Assembly (NCBI GenBank): GCA_031441465.1
Contig: JANOEP010000037.1
Span: 1-40,619, forward strand
Reading direction: 5' to 3'
Length of the DNA: 40,619 nt
Source: a bacterium
Lineage (GTDB): Bacteria > Krumholzibacteriota > Krumholzibacteriia > LZORAL124-64-63
The notes under the pieces are model-generated. The model searched no databases. It saw only the letters and a list, made by a program, of their open reading frames with translations, and was not told the origin of the DNA. The translations under genes and the position numbers were made by a program. This document shows, one piece after another, positions 1 through 9,144 of this stretch; positions within the stretch are counted from its first letter, which is position 1, and each line of letters starts with the position of its first letter.

Positions 1-34
1 TGAAGTAGCTGAAGGGAGTAAGCCGCCTGGTATT

Positions 35-490
35 TTAATTAAGCACGTGCAGGGCGTTGCGAGTGAAGTGACGGATCGATTCGCGCTCCAGCGTGTCGAG
101 ACGACCGCGGTCGTCGGGGAGCGCGATCCGCTCTCCATTCGGTCCACGCATGAATCGAGGGGCCTTCGCAATCCGCGCCCGGGTCTCCGCCATGGCACGC
201 GGACCGAATCGATTCGGTTCAATCGCGTGAACGAAGCTGGTGATCGGCGTGCCGTCACTGTTGAAGGTACTGATCCGATATTCCCACGGATCAGCCACCC
301 ACATCCGATCCGCAGTCGCCGTGTAGGAGAACTGTGTCGGCGATGTGGCCTGCCCGGTTCGCTTGGTGATCGCGGTAACAAAGGCCGCATTGGTCGAGTC
401 GAAGAGCACGCGCCCGTCGCTCTCCCCGATCGCCGAGCGCATCACGCGCGGGCTCTTCCCGGGACGTGGGGTCGGGTCCCAGTGGTCCAC
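35..490 (-). other. Fragment of an unrelated ORF (beta-propeller/NHL-like), probably a chimeric or foreign segment
   Basis: The minus frame reads protein-like (…DRMWVADPWEYRISTFNSDGTPITSF…), resembling a propeller blade. The plus frame here has no IleRS similarity. The right boundary is approximate. Confidence 0.45.
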
Positions 491-2722
491 GGAGCCGCCG
501 ACTTCGTTACGCTCGACAGCGGCTCGGGCATCGTCCACCTGGCGCCGGCCTTCGGCGAGGACGACTACCAGGCCGGCCTGCGCGAGAACCTGGCCTTCTT
601 CAGCCCGGTCGACGCGGCCGGGCGCTTCACCGACGAGGTGCCGCCCTACGCCGGACGCCCCGTCAAGGAATCCGACCGGCAGATCATCCGCGACCTGCGC
701 GCGCAGGGCAAACTGCTGCGCGAGGTGAGCTACACCCACGAGTACCCCTTCCACGACCGCTGCGGCAACCCGCTGATCTACTACGCGACGCCCAGCTGGT
801 TCATCCGCACCAGCGAGCTGCGCGAGAAGCTGCTGGCCGCGAACGCCGACATCCGCTGGGCCCCGCCGGAGGTCGGCAGCGGCCGCTTCGGCAACTGGCT
901 GGCCGGCAACATCGACTGGTCGCTCAGCCGCAACCGGTTCTGGGGCACGCCGCTGAACGTCTGGATCTGCGACGAGTGCGGGCGGCACCACCTGCCGACC
1001 TGCCGCGCCGACCTCACGCAGCTGACGGGCGCCGACCAGTCGCAGCTGGACCTGCACCGGCCCTTCGTCGACGACCTGGTCTTCCCCTGCGCGCAGGCGG
1101 GATGCGGCGGCGTCATGCGGCGCACGCCCGAGGTCATCGACTGCTGGTTCGACAGCGGGGCCATGCCCTTCGCCCAGTACCACTACCCGTTCGAGAACCG
1201 CGAGCTGTTCGAGAGCCAGTACCCCGCGGACTTCATCAGCGAGGGCATCGACCAGACCCGCGGCTGGTTCTACACGATGCTGGTGATCGGCACCTTCCTG
1301 ACGGGGCGCAGCAGCTACAAGAGCTGCCTGACCATCGAGCTGGTGCTGGACAAGCACGGCAAGAAGATGTCCAAGAGCCTGGGCAACACCGTCGAGCCGA
1401 TGGCGCTGATGCGCGAGCACGGGGCCGACGCCCTGCGCTGGTACCTGCTGACCGTCTCGCCGCTGTGGACCCCGACCCGCTTCGACGCCGAGGGCGTGGC
1501 CGAGGCGCGGCGCAAGCTGCTGGCGACGCTCGAGAACGTCTATTCCTTCTTCTCGCTCTATGCGAACCTCGACGTCTGGGACCCGCTCGACGACGGGCCC
1601 GCCGCCCCGTCGATGCTCGACCGCTGGGTGCTGAGCCGGCTGCACAGCACGACCACCGAGGCCCGCGCGGCCCTCGAGGAGATGAACTTCACGCGCGCCG
1701 CCAAGGCGGTCGGCGCCTTCGTGATCGACGACGTCAGCAACTGGTACGTGCGCCTGTCGCGCCGGCGGTTCTGGCAGGGGGAGACGACGCCCGACAAGCG
1801 GGCCGCGTTCGCGACCCTGTTCACGGTCCTCGACGGCGCCGCGCGGCTGCTCGCGCCGATGATCCCCTTCACCGCCGAGGAGATCTACCGGGCGCTGCAC
1901 GGCGGGGGAGAGCGCTCGGTCCACCTCGCGCCCTACCCGACCTGCGACGCGGACCGCGTCGACGGGCGGCTCGAGGCGGTCATGGCCGCGGCGCAGGCCG
2001 TCGTGGGCGTGGGCCGGAGCCTGCGCCAGGACGCCCAGATCCGCACCCGCCAGCCGCTGGGACGCCTGCTGCTGCACACCGACGACGACCGCGCCGCGGC
2101 GCTGCTCGGCGACCAGGAACTGCGCGGCATCCTGGCCGAGGAACTGAACATCAAGGAGATCGCCGCCCTGGACGATCCCCTGCGCGTCGCCCGCCTGACG
2201 GCCAAGGCCGACTTCCGCGCCATGGGCCCGCGCTTCGGCAAGCGCGCGCCGGCCGCCGGCCGCGCCATCGCGGCGATGGCCCCGCCGCAGGCCCTCGCCC
2301 TGCGCCGTGCGGGCGCCGTCGAGCTGGACGTCGAGGGCGTGATCGAGCGCATCACCTTCGAGGAGGCGCGCGTCGTCGAGGCGGGGATCGCCCCGTACGC
2401 GGCCGGTTCCGTCGACGGGATGACCGTCGCGCTGGACACGACCCTGGACGAAGCGCTCCGCGACGAGGGCCTGGCCCGCGAGGTCATCAACCGGGTGCAG
2501 AACCTGCGCAAGAAGAGCGGGTTCGCGGTCGCCGACCGCATCCGCCTGTCGGTCGTCGGCGGCGGCGAGGCGCGGCGCGCTCTGGATCGCTTCGGGGAAC
2601 GGATCGCGGGCGAGACGCTGGCGCAGCTGGTCGCAGCCTCGCCGGACCTGACCCACACCGACGGTTTCGAGGTCGACGGCATCGCCATCGAGGTGGCCAT
2701 CGCCCGGCTGGCCAACATCTGA
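491..2722 (+). CDS. ileS: Isoleucine--tRNA ligase (type 2-like), 5' part missing
   Basis: ADFVTLDSGSGIVHLAPAFGEDDY (editing domain), DWSLSRNRFWGTP, DCWFDSG, EGIDQTRGWF, KMSKS (~1364-1378) and EGLAREVINRVQNLRK. No HIGH motif; homology starts at about 495. Confidence 0.93.
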   Translation, partial: GAADFVTLDSGSGIVHLAPAFGEDDYQAGLRENLAFFSPVDAAGRFTDEVPPYAGRPVKESDRQIIRDLRAQGKLLREVSYTHEYPFHDRCGNPLIYYATPSWFIRTSELREKLLAANADIRWAPPEVGSGRFGNWLAGNIDWSLSRNRFWGTPLNVWICDECGRHHLPTCRADLTQLTGADQSQLDLHRPFVDDLVFPCAQAGCGGVMRRTPEVIDCWFDSGAMPFAQYHYPFENRELFESQYPADFISEGIDQTRGWFYTMLVIGTFLTGRSSYKSCLTIELVLDKHGKKMSKSLGNTVEPMALMREHGADALRWYLLTVSPLWTPTRFDAEGVAEARRKLLATLENVYSFFSLYANLDVWDPLDDGPAAPSMLDRWVLSRLHSTTTEARAALEEMNFTRAAKAVGAFVIDDVSNWYVRLSRRRFWQGETTPDKRAAFATLFTVLDGAARLLAPMIPFTAEEIYRALHGGGERSVHLAPYPTCDADRVDGRLEAVMAAAQAVVGVGRSLRQDAQIRTRQPLGRLLLHTDDDRAAALLGDQELRGILAEELNIKEIAALDDPLRVARLTAKADFRAMGPRFGKRAPAAGRAIAAMAPPQALALRRAGAVELDVEGVIERITFEEARVVEAGIAPYAAGSVDGMTVALDTTLDEALRDEGLAREVINRVQNLRKKSGFAVADRIRLSVVGGGEARRALDRFGERIAGETLAQLVAASPDLTHTDGFEVDGIAIEVAIARLANI

Positions 2723-2731
2723 GGAGGGACC

Positions 2732-3109
2732 ATGCGCACAACCGAACTCGACCGCTTCCAGAAGCTCATCCTCGAGGAGAAGGAGCGCGTCGAGAAGTCG
2801 CTCGCCAAGCACACGAAGATCATCCATCACGAGGGGGAGGACTTCGGCGGCGACCTGGCCAAGGCCCACTCGAACCACATGGCCGACCAGGGCAGCGACG
2901 AGTTCCAGTACGAGACCACGATCCAGTTCGCCAGCAGCGAGGGACGCTACCTCTACCAGTTGGAGCAGGCCCTGCTGCGCATCGAGGACCGCAGCTACGG
3001 CGTCTGCAACGGCTGCAACGCGCAGATCGGACTGGAGCGCCTCAAGGCCAAGCTCGACGCCAGGCTCTGCATCGAATGCAAGGAGCGCGAGGAGAAGGAG
3101 CGGCATTGA
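2732..3109 (+). CDS. TraR/DksA C4-type zinc finger protein
   Basis: HMADQGSD coiled-coil tip; YGVCNGC…ERL…RLCIEC; RBS GAGGAG; ileS-dksA-lspA context. Confidence 0.9.
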   Translation: MRTTELDRFQKLILEEKERVEKSLAKHTKIIHHEGEDFGGDLAKAHSNHMADQGSDEFQYETTIQFASSEGRYLYQLEQALLRIEDRSYGVCNGCNAQIGLERLKAKLDARLCIECKEREEKERH

Positions 3110-3693
3110 GACGCCCCTCCTTCGGCGCACCCTGGCTGCTGGCGCCCCTCGTGCTCGTGGTGGACTTCGCCGCGAAGCGCCTCGTGCTGGCGAACAGCGA
3201 CCGCCTCGCGCGTCCCGTGGAGATCCTGGGCGACGTCGCCCGTTTCGCCTACGTGCGCAACCCCGGCGCCGCGATGGGCCTGCCGCTCGGCGGCCGCGGC
3301 TTCCTGATCGGCGTCAGCCTGCTCGCGTCGGCGGTCCTGGCGGCGCTCTACCGCCGCACCGACCCGCGGCAACGCCTGCGCCGCGGCGCCCTGGCCGCCA
3401 TCCTGGGCGGCGCCCTGGGCAACCTGGTCGACCGGATCTTCTACGGCGGGCTGGTCGTCGACTTCATCGATCTGGGTCTCGGGGCCCACCGCTTCTACAC
3501 GTTCAACGTGGCGGACATGGGCGTGACGCTCGGCGGCGCGGCCCTGTTCATCTCGCTGTGGCGCGACGACCGGTCGGCGAGCGCCGAACGTGCCGCGCCC
3601 GGTGCGCCCGCACTCTCCGCCGACCCCGCCGTGATCGTCGCCGACGCGGACCCCGCGTCCGGCTCCTCCGACCCGGGATACCGCGATGACTGA
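3106..3693 (+). CDS. lspA: Lipoprotein signal peptidase II
   Basis: RNPGAAMG, GGALGNLVDR, VVDFID and FNVADMG motifs. TTG start overlapping the upstream stop is inferred. Confidence 0.92.
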   Translation: MRRPSFGAPWLLAPLVLVVDFAAKRLVLANSDRLARPVEILGDVARFAYVRNPGAAMGLPLGGRGFLIGVSLLASAVLAALYRRTDPRQRLRRGALAAILGGALGNLVDRIFYGGLVVDFIDLGLGAHRFYTFNVADMGVTLGGAALFISLWRDDRSASAERAAPGAPALSADPAVIVADADPASGSSDPGYRDD

Positions 3694-4666
3694 CGATGGA
3701 CAGCCCCGCGTCTCGTTCACCGTCACGCCGCAGGAGGCGGACAGCCGCCTCGACCTCCTGCTGGTCGAGCGGATGCCCGAGACGTCCCGCAGCCGGATCC
3801 AGCGCGCGCTCGCCTCGGGCGCCGCCATGGTCGACGGTCGTCGGCGTCCCAGCAACTACCGGGTTCACGAGGGCAGCCTGATCGAGTTCACGCCGCCGGA
3901 GCCGCCGGCGCCGTACCTGGGCGCCCAGGACATCCCCCTGAACATGATCCACTGCGACGACCACCTGGTCGTGATCGACAAGCCCGCCGGGATGGTCGTC
4001 CATCCCGCGCCCGGCCACCGTTCAGGGACGCTGGTCAACGCCCTGTTGCACCTGTTCGGCGACCTGCCCGGGGACAGCGCGCGCGCCGGCCTCGTGCACC
4101 GCCTGGACAAGGACACCTCCGGCCTGCTGGCCGTGGCCCGCACCGAACTCGCCCACCGCGGCCTGTCCTCCCAGCTGCGCGAGCGCACGCTGGGCCGCAC
4201 CTACGCCGTGGTGAGCTGGGGGCAGTGGGACGCCGACGAGGGTCTCCTCTCCGAGCCGATCGGGCGCCATCCCCACCGGCGCCGCATGATGGGAGTGGTC
4301 CCGGGCGGGCGTCCCGCCGGGACGCGCTACCGCGTGGTGGAGGACTTCGGGTTCGTGCAGCACTGCGACGCGGAGCTGCAGACCGGTCGCACCCACCAGA
4401 TCCGCGTCCACTTCGCGCACGGCCATCATCCCGTGGTGGGGGATCCGCTGTACGGCGACGACGCCCGCGAGCGGCTGGTCCACCCCCTGGACCGCCACGC
4501 GGCCCGGGCCATGGTCGCGCGGGCCGGCCGCCAGATGCTGCACGCGCGCGAGCTGCGCCTGCGCCACCCGGCCACGGGCGAGCTGCTCGTGTTCAAGTCG
4601 GCATTGCCGGACGATTTCGCCGCGGTGCTGGAAATCCTGCGTCGGGCGGCGCCCAGCGCCGATTAG
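3686..4666 (+). CDS. rluD: RluA-family pseudouridine synthase (RluD-like)
   Basis: S4-like N-terminus (RLD…SRSRIQ), DKPAGMVVHP, VHRLDKDTSG, TGRTHQIRVH, LHA. Confidence 0.9.
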   Translation: MTDDGQPRVSFTVTPQEADSRLDLLLVERMPETSRSRIQRALASGAAMVDGRRRPSNYRVHEGSLIEFTPPEPPAPYLGAQDIPLNMIHCDDHLVVIDKPAGMVVHPAPGHRSGTLVNALLHLFGDLPGDSARAGLVHRLDKDTSGLLAVARTELAHRGLSSQLRERTLGRTYAVVSWGQWDADEGLLSEPIGRHPHRRRMMGVVPGGRPAGTRYRVVEDFGFVQHCDAELQTGRTHQIRVHFAHGHHPVVGDPLYGDDARERLVHPLDRHAARAMVARAGRQMLHARELRLRHPATGELLVFKSALPDDFAAVLEILRRAAPSAD

Positions 4667-4694
4667 CCCGGCGCGCACCTCGACCGCTTCGGGC

Positions 4695-4723
4695 TGGACA
4701 GGGCCGTCGCCGGTCCGTATCCT
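4695..4723 (+). promoter_or_regulatory. Putative sigma70 promoter
   Basis: TGGACA-N17-TATCCT, about 40 nt upstream of the STAS gene. Confidence 0.5.
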
Positions 4724-4765
4724 CGCAGACGGTTCGCGCCGGTCGGGGCGCGGGAAGGAGGCCAG

Positions 4766-5104
4766 GTGAAGATCAAAGAACGCAGTCGCGACGGTGTGGT
4801 GATCCTCGAACTCAACGGCAAGCTGATGGGCGGCCCCGACGCCGCCACGTTCAACGATACGCTCAAGACCCTGATCCACGAGGGCCACCGCAACGTGCTG
4901 GTCGACCTGGCCAAGGTCGACTGGGTCAACAGCACGGGCCTCGGCATCCTGATCTCCGGCTACTCGACGGTGCGCCGCAGCGGCGGCGACCTGCGGCTGC
5001 TCAACGTGTCGGATCGCGTGGAGAGCATCTTCATGGTCTCGAAGCTCCACACCGTGTTCGTCTCGTACTCGAACGAGGACGAAGCCGTCCGGAGCTTCGC
5101 CTAG
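4766..5104 (+). CDS. STAS-domain anti-sigma factor antagonist (RsbV/SpoIIAA-like)
   Basis: VDLAKVDWVNSTGLGILI with the phospho-Ser motif; 112 aa; RBS GGAGG. Confidence 0.9.
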   Translation: MKIKERSRDGVVILELNGKLMGGPDAATFNDTLKTLIHEGHRNVLVDLAKVDWVNSTGLGILISGYSTVRRSGGDLRLLNVSDRVESIFMVSKLHTVFVSYSNEDEAVRSFA

Positions 5105-5113
5105 GGAGGCGCC

Positions 5114-5545
5114 ATGTCCCACGTGAACGAACCCTCCCAACTCGTGGAAGTGATGCTGCCCAGCCGGCTGCTGTTCCTCGGCGTGCCCGACGCGATCCTG
5201 ATGGAGCTGGCCGGCGACCTCCCGTACGAGCAGAAGGACATCGACGAGCTGAGCACCGCCGTCATCGAAGCCTGCACCAACGCCATGGAGCACGGCAACG
5301 GCATGGAGCAGGGGCGCCGCGTCGAACTGCACTTCCTCTTTTCTCCCGACGAGATCCGCGTCACGGTCCTGGACCAGGGACCCGGCTTCGACTTCAACAA
5401 CTGGCAGCCGCCCGACGGCCTCATGCGCGAACGCGGCCGCGGCATCACCATCATGCGCGAGTTCACCGACGAGCTGACCTACGACCATGCGCCCGACGGC
5501 CGGTTCCGCGTCCAACTGGTGAAGCGCCGCCCCCGGCAGGATTGA
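5114..5545 (+). CDS. Anti-sigma factor / HATPase kinase (RsbW-like)
   Basis: EACTNAMEHG (N box), DQGPGFD (G1), ERGRGI (G2). Confidence 0.9.
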   Translation: MSHVNEPSQLVEVMLPSRLLFLGVPDAILMELAGDLPYEQKDIDELSTAVIEACTNAMEHGNGMEQGRRVELHFLFSPDEIRVTVLDQGPGFDFNNWQPPDGLMRERGRGITIMREFTDELTYDHAPDGRFRVQLVKRRPRQD

Positions 5546-5546
5546 C

Positions 5547-5975
5547 GTGGGCGCCGTGCTCGCCCTGGACTACGGCACCAGCCGCATCGGCGTCGCGGTC
5601 AGCGACCCCACCCGCACGCTCGCCACGGCGGTCGCGGTCCACCGCGCCGGCCGCGACGGCGGTGTCGCCGCTTTCCTGGCGCCCCTGGTCCGCGAGCGCG
5701 GGGTCGATCAGCTGGTGGTCGGTCTGCCGTTGACCGCCGACGGCCGGGAGGGGGCGATCGCCGTGAAGGCCAGACGGTTCGCCGCAAGGCTGGGGGAGGA
5801 GCTGGGTTTGCCGGTCGCCCTGGTCGACGAACGCTATTCGACACAGGAGGCCGAACGCCTGCTGCGCGGGCCGGGCCGCAAGCGCAGTCGGGAAGCGCCC
5901 GACGCGGTTGCGGCGGAACTGATCCTGCAGCAGTACCTGGACGCCGCGGGCACCGGCCGGGACGGCGCCCCGTGA
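5547..5975 (+). CDS. ruvX: Holliday junction resolvase-like RuvX/YqgF
   Basis: LALDYGTSRIGVAVSD, VVGLP, DERYST, DAVAA..IL. Confidence 0.92.
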   Translation: MGAVLALDYGTSRIGVAVSDPTRTLATAVAVHRAGRDGGVAAFLAPLVRERGVDQLVVGLPLTADGREGAIAVKARRFAARLGEELGLPVALVDERYSTQEAERLLRGPGRKRSREAPDAVAAELILQQYLDAAGTGRDGAP

Positions 5976-7168
5976 CGGCGCCGAGCCGGGAACTCACGAA
6001 GCGTCTCGTGAAGGCCCTGCACCGGCTGACGGTCGCGGCGGCGGCGATCCTGGTCCTCGCGGCCGGTGTCGTGTTCTGGGCCTGGACCCAGTGGAACCGC
6101 GCCGAACCCGGTGCGGAGGGCACGGTCGAGATCCGCGTGCCGCCGGGCTCCAGCCTCGCGACGGTCGCCGACACGCTGCAGGCGCGCGGCCTGCTCGACC
6201 ACCGGCGCGCGTTCGTGCTGGGGGCGCGGCTGACCGGTTCGGACCGCTCGATCCGGGCCGGCCGCTACGCCGTGCCGCGCGGGCTGTCGCCGCGCGAACT
6301 GCTGATCCTGCTGGTCGACGGGCGCACGCTGCCGGTGGTGGTCATGGTGCCCGAGGGGTTGCCGACGCGCGACGCGGTGGTCGACGTCGCCGAGGCCTTC
6401 GGTTGGGCCCCCGCCACGTTCCGCGCCGCCTGCGACGCCGAGGTGCGCGCGTTGCTGCTCGAGACGGCGGGCGATCCCGCCGCCTACGCCGCGGCCCTGC
6501 TGCAGGAGAGTCTCGACCGCGGCCGGGAGTTCCCGCTCTGCGAGGGCTACCTCTTCCCGGAGACCTACCACTTCCCCGAGGGCGCCTCGGTCCGCGAGGT
6601 CGCCCGCGCGATCATGCGCGCGGGGTGGGACCGCTGGGTCCCCGACGCCCGGGCGCGCCTCGCGCTGGGGGACCTGCCCCTGCGGACGCCGCATGAGGTG
6701 CTGACCCTCGCCTCCATCGTCGAGGCGGAGACGCCGCGCGTCTCGGAGATGCCGCGGGTGGCCGCGGTCTACCTGAACCGGCTGCGCGCCGGCCGCCCGC
6801 TGCAGGCCGATCCCACCATCGCCTACGCCCTGGGCAAGAAGGGGCGGCGGATCCTGTACTCGGACCTGCGTGTCCCCTCGGTCTACAACACCTACCTCCA
6901 CGGCGGTTTGCCGCCCGGCCCCATCGGCAACCCGGGACTCGCGGCGATCGCGGCGGTGCTGAAACCGCTGCCCGGATGCGAGGATTTCTTCTTCGTCGCC
7001 GACGGCTACGGCGGCCACGTCTTCACGCGCACCCACGCCCAGCACGAGGCGGCGGTGCAGGTTTATCGTCAGCGCCGGGCCGCGGCGCGCCTGCCGACCG
7101 CGGCGACGCCCGCCACCGCCGATTCGACCGCCGCGCCGCCGCCGCAGATCGCACCACAGTCACCCTGA
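5972..7168 (+). CDS. mltG: Endolytic transglycosylase MltG
   Basis: N-terminal TM, EGYLFPETY, LASIVEAE, LQADPT, YNTY..GLPPGPIGNPG; follows ruvX. Confidence 0.93.
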   Translation: MTAPSRELTKRLVKALHRLTVAAAAILVLAAGVVFWAWTQWNRAEPGAEGTVEIRVPPGSSLATVADTLQARGLLDHRRAFVLGARLTGSDRSIRAGRYAVPRGLSPRELLILLVDGRTLPVVVMVPEGLPTRDAVVDVAEAFGWAPATFRAACDAEVRALLLETAGDPAAYAAALLQESLDRGREFPLCEGYLFPETYHFPEGASVREVARAIMRAGWDRWVPDARARLALGDLPLRTPHEVLTLASIVEAETPRVSEMPRVAAVYLNRLRAGRPLQADPTIAYALGKKGRRILYSDLRVPSVYNTYLHGGLPPGPIGNPGLAAIAAVLKPLPGCEDFFFVADGYGGHVFTRTHAQHEAAVQVYRQRRAAARLPTAATPATADSTAAPPPQIAPQSP

Positions 7169-7180
7169 GCCGCAGTCGCC

Positions 7181-7209
7181 TTGACGCGCAACGGCGGCGG
7201 GACTACCCT
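7181..7209 (+). promoter_or_regulatory. Putative sigma70 promoter for small ORF/tRNA-Val
   Basis: TTGACG-N17-TACCCT. Confidence 0.55.
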
Positions 7210-7261
7210 GGCGCGAGGCGGGCGGTACCAGGCCACGAAGTCCGGTGAGGAAGGGAGCGCG

Positions 7262-7432
7262 ATGATCCGCAAGTACCTGGGTCTGATTCTGGGCTTCGCG
7301 ACCATCGTCGCCGGCTACGCGCTGCTGGCCGGGGGCGATATCACCGTCGCGCCCCTGTTGCTGGTCCTGGGGTACTGCATCCTCGTGCCGCTGTTCCTGC
7401 TGCGGTCCTTCCTGCGGGGCAAGGGCGAATAG
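7262..7432 (+). CDS. Small two-TM membrane protein (DUF3098-like)
   Basis: MIRKYLGLILGFATIVAGYALL…ITVAPLLLVLGYCILVPLF; purine-rich RBS; GC-typical codon usage. The family label is from recall only. Confidence 0.7.
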   Translation: MIRKYLGLILGFATIVAGYALLAGGDITVAPLLLVLGYCILVPLFLLRSFLRGKGE

Positions 7433-7499
7433 CTCAGCTGGTCAGAGCACCTGCTTTACACGCAGGGGGTCACAGGTTCGAACCCTGTTTCGCCCACCA
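7423..7499 (+). tRNA. tRNA-Val(TAC)
   Basis: Acceptor GGGCGAA/TTCGCCC, anticodon arm CCTGC-TT TAC AC-GCAGG, GTTCGAA T-loop, encoded CCA. Confidence 0.97.
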
Positions 7500-7610
7500 T
7501 CCGCCCTCATATGCCACGCTGGGCCATTTCGGGGAATTTGATACAGGACTATCGTTGTCCTGACTTATGATAATCTGTGAATAAGGGGGTCGGTAACCCA
7601 AAAAATAGTG

Positions 7611-7639
7611 TTGCACGCCGTCCTCCCCGGTGGTAAACT
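7611..7639 (+). promoter_or_regulatory. Putative strong promoter (extended -10) for the secreted-protein cluster
   Basis: TTGCAC-N17-TAAACT with TG at 7631-7632 and an A-tract (AAAAAA) upstream. Confidence 0.6.
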
Positions 7640-7753
7640 CATGAAGTCAAGTTAAGGACTTATGAAGAGTGGAAGGGAGGGTCAACGTAATTGCACTCGT
7701 TCTCGCTTGGGTTTGCCGCCCTCGCATGAAAATGCCTTTTAGGAGGTGTCCTA

Positions 7754-8401
7754 ATGCTTCGTAGGAACATTGTGGGTCTTGTGATCTGCGTCGCTGCCCT
7801 GGGTGTCAGCACTCTGGGCGTGGCGGGTGTCCCTGACCTGGTCAACTCGAACGCCGATCTGCCCGCGGGTCTGCCCCAGGTCAGTGTGTTTCTGACCCCC
7901 GACGGCACCGGCAACCTGATGACCGAGGCCCGGGCCATCAACACGCCGCCCCTGGACGTCCGGGACGCCACCATCACGGTGACGCTGCTCGACGCCGGGA
8001 TGAACCCCGTCTTCGCCTATCCTTTCGAGGACATCTGGCTGGAGACGTCGCTCGGCGGTTTGGCTGCTTGCACCAACGGCACCCTGGCCAACTTCAACAC
8101 CGACATCAACGGCGTCACGACCTTCGTGGGTCCGTTCTATGCCGGTGGCTACTCGAACAAGTTGGCTGGTGAGCTGGCCCAGGTCATCATCAACGGTTCC
8201 CCGCTGGTCAACGAGGACCTGAACGTCCTGTTCAACAGCGCCGACATCTTCCCGAGCGGCGCGGTCGATCTGAGCGACGTGTCGGTGTTCTCGGGTCTCT
8301 ACGGCGGGACCGGCTACGCTGCCGACTTTTTCTATGACGGCATCGTGAACCTGTCGGACCTGGTGCTCTTCTCGAGCTCGATCAACGTGGTGTGTCCGTA
8401 A
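7754..8401 (+). CDS. Secreted protein with C-terminal dockerin-like twin Ca-binding repeat
   Basis: Signal peptide; RBS AGGAGG; repeats ADIFPSGAVDLSDVSVFS and ADFFYDGIVNLSDLVLFS. Confidence 0.8.
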   Translation: MLRRNIVGLVICVAALGVSTLGVAGVPDLVNSNADLPAGLPQVSVFLTPDGTGNLMTEARAINTPPLDVRDATITVTLLDAGMNPVFAYPFEDIWLETSLGGLAACTNGTLANFNTDINGVTTFVGPFYAGGYSNKLAGELAQVIINGSPLVNEDLNVLFNSADIFPSGAVDLSDVSVFSGLYGGTGYAADFFYDGIVNLSDLVLFSSSINVVCP

Positions 8402-8412
8402 GGAAATTCTCA

Positions 8413-8437
8413 GCCCCGCGGCCTCGGGCCGCGGGGC
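8413..8437 (+). other. Intercistronic perfect hairpin (11 bp stem, no U-tract)
   Basis: GCCCCGCGGCC-TCG-GGCCGCGGGGC. Confidence 0.7.
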
Positions 8438-8490
8438 GCCACTCCTCGGCAACCAGTTGACCGAGGCAGACAACCCAAAGGAGACGCAAC

Positions 8491-9087
8491 ATGAAGAAGT
8501 TGTTAGCACTGACCGCCATCGCGCTGCTGGCTTTCAGCGTCAGCGCCTCGGCTCAGGTCGATCCCGATCCGGATGGCTTCGGCGTGTACTTCGACACCGG
8601 CGCCACCTCGTTCAACGTCGTCTACGGCGGCGGCTTCGCACCGCTGAACGTGTACCTGATGATCACCCGCCCGTCGGGCGCCTTCATCCGGGCCTGGGAG
8701 TGCACGATCGTGGAGACCAATAACTTCACGGTCCAGGGCACCTGGGCGCTCAACGGCGGTCTGGACGTCGACGGCGACGCCATGGACTTCGTCGTCGGCA
8801 TGGGCACCACGCCGCATCCGCAGGCCGGCGCGATCGTGCTCGCGAGCAAGACGATGTACGGCGCCGCTCCCGGTGCCGGCTCGGCCGCGACCTTCACGGT
8901 CAAGGGTGTCGCTGGCTCCGTCAGCTTCCCCGGTGGCCAGCCCGGCTACGTTCACACCCTGGGCATCAACACCCCTTGCCAGGTCCTGACTGGCAACATG
9001 CTGGCGCCCCAGGCCTGCGTGAACAGCAACTGCATGGTCGTCGCGAACGAGGACATGTCCTGGAGCAACGTCAAGGCTCTGTACTAG
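8491..9087 (+). CDS. Secreted beta-rich protein with C-terminal SWxxVKALY tag
   Basis: Signal MKKLLALTAIALLAFSVSASA; RBS AAGGAG; ends VANEDMSWSNVKALY. Confidence 0.85.
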   Translation: MKKLLALTAIALLAFSVSASAQVDPDPDGFGVYFDTGATSFNVVYGGGFAPLNVYLMITRPSGAFIRAWECTIVETNNFTVQGTWALNGGLDVDGDAMDFVVGMGTTPHPQAGAIVLASKTMYGAAPGAGSAATFTVKGVAGSVSFPGGQPGYVHTLGINTPCQVLTGNMLAPQACVNSNCMVVANEDMSWSNVKALY

Positions 9088-9120
9088 TTCTCAGTTATCG
9101 ACACGTGTGACTGTCAGCTA

Positions 9121-9144
9121 GGGGCCGCCCTTCGGGGTGGCCCC
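9121..9144 (+). terminator. Hairpin with UUCG tetraloop (terminator or 3' stabiliser)
   Basis: GGGGCCGCCC-TTCG-GGGTGGCCCC; weak U-tract. Confidence 0.6.

Noticed and set aside
35..50. Vector or adapter sequence (TTAATTAA and CACGTG sites)
   Set aside because: I could not match the flanks to any vector I recognise. A UniVec search would settle it.
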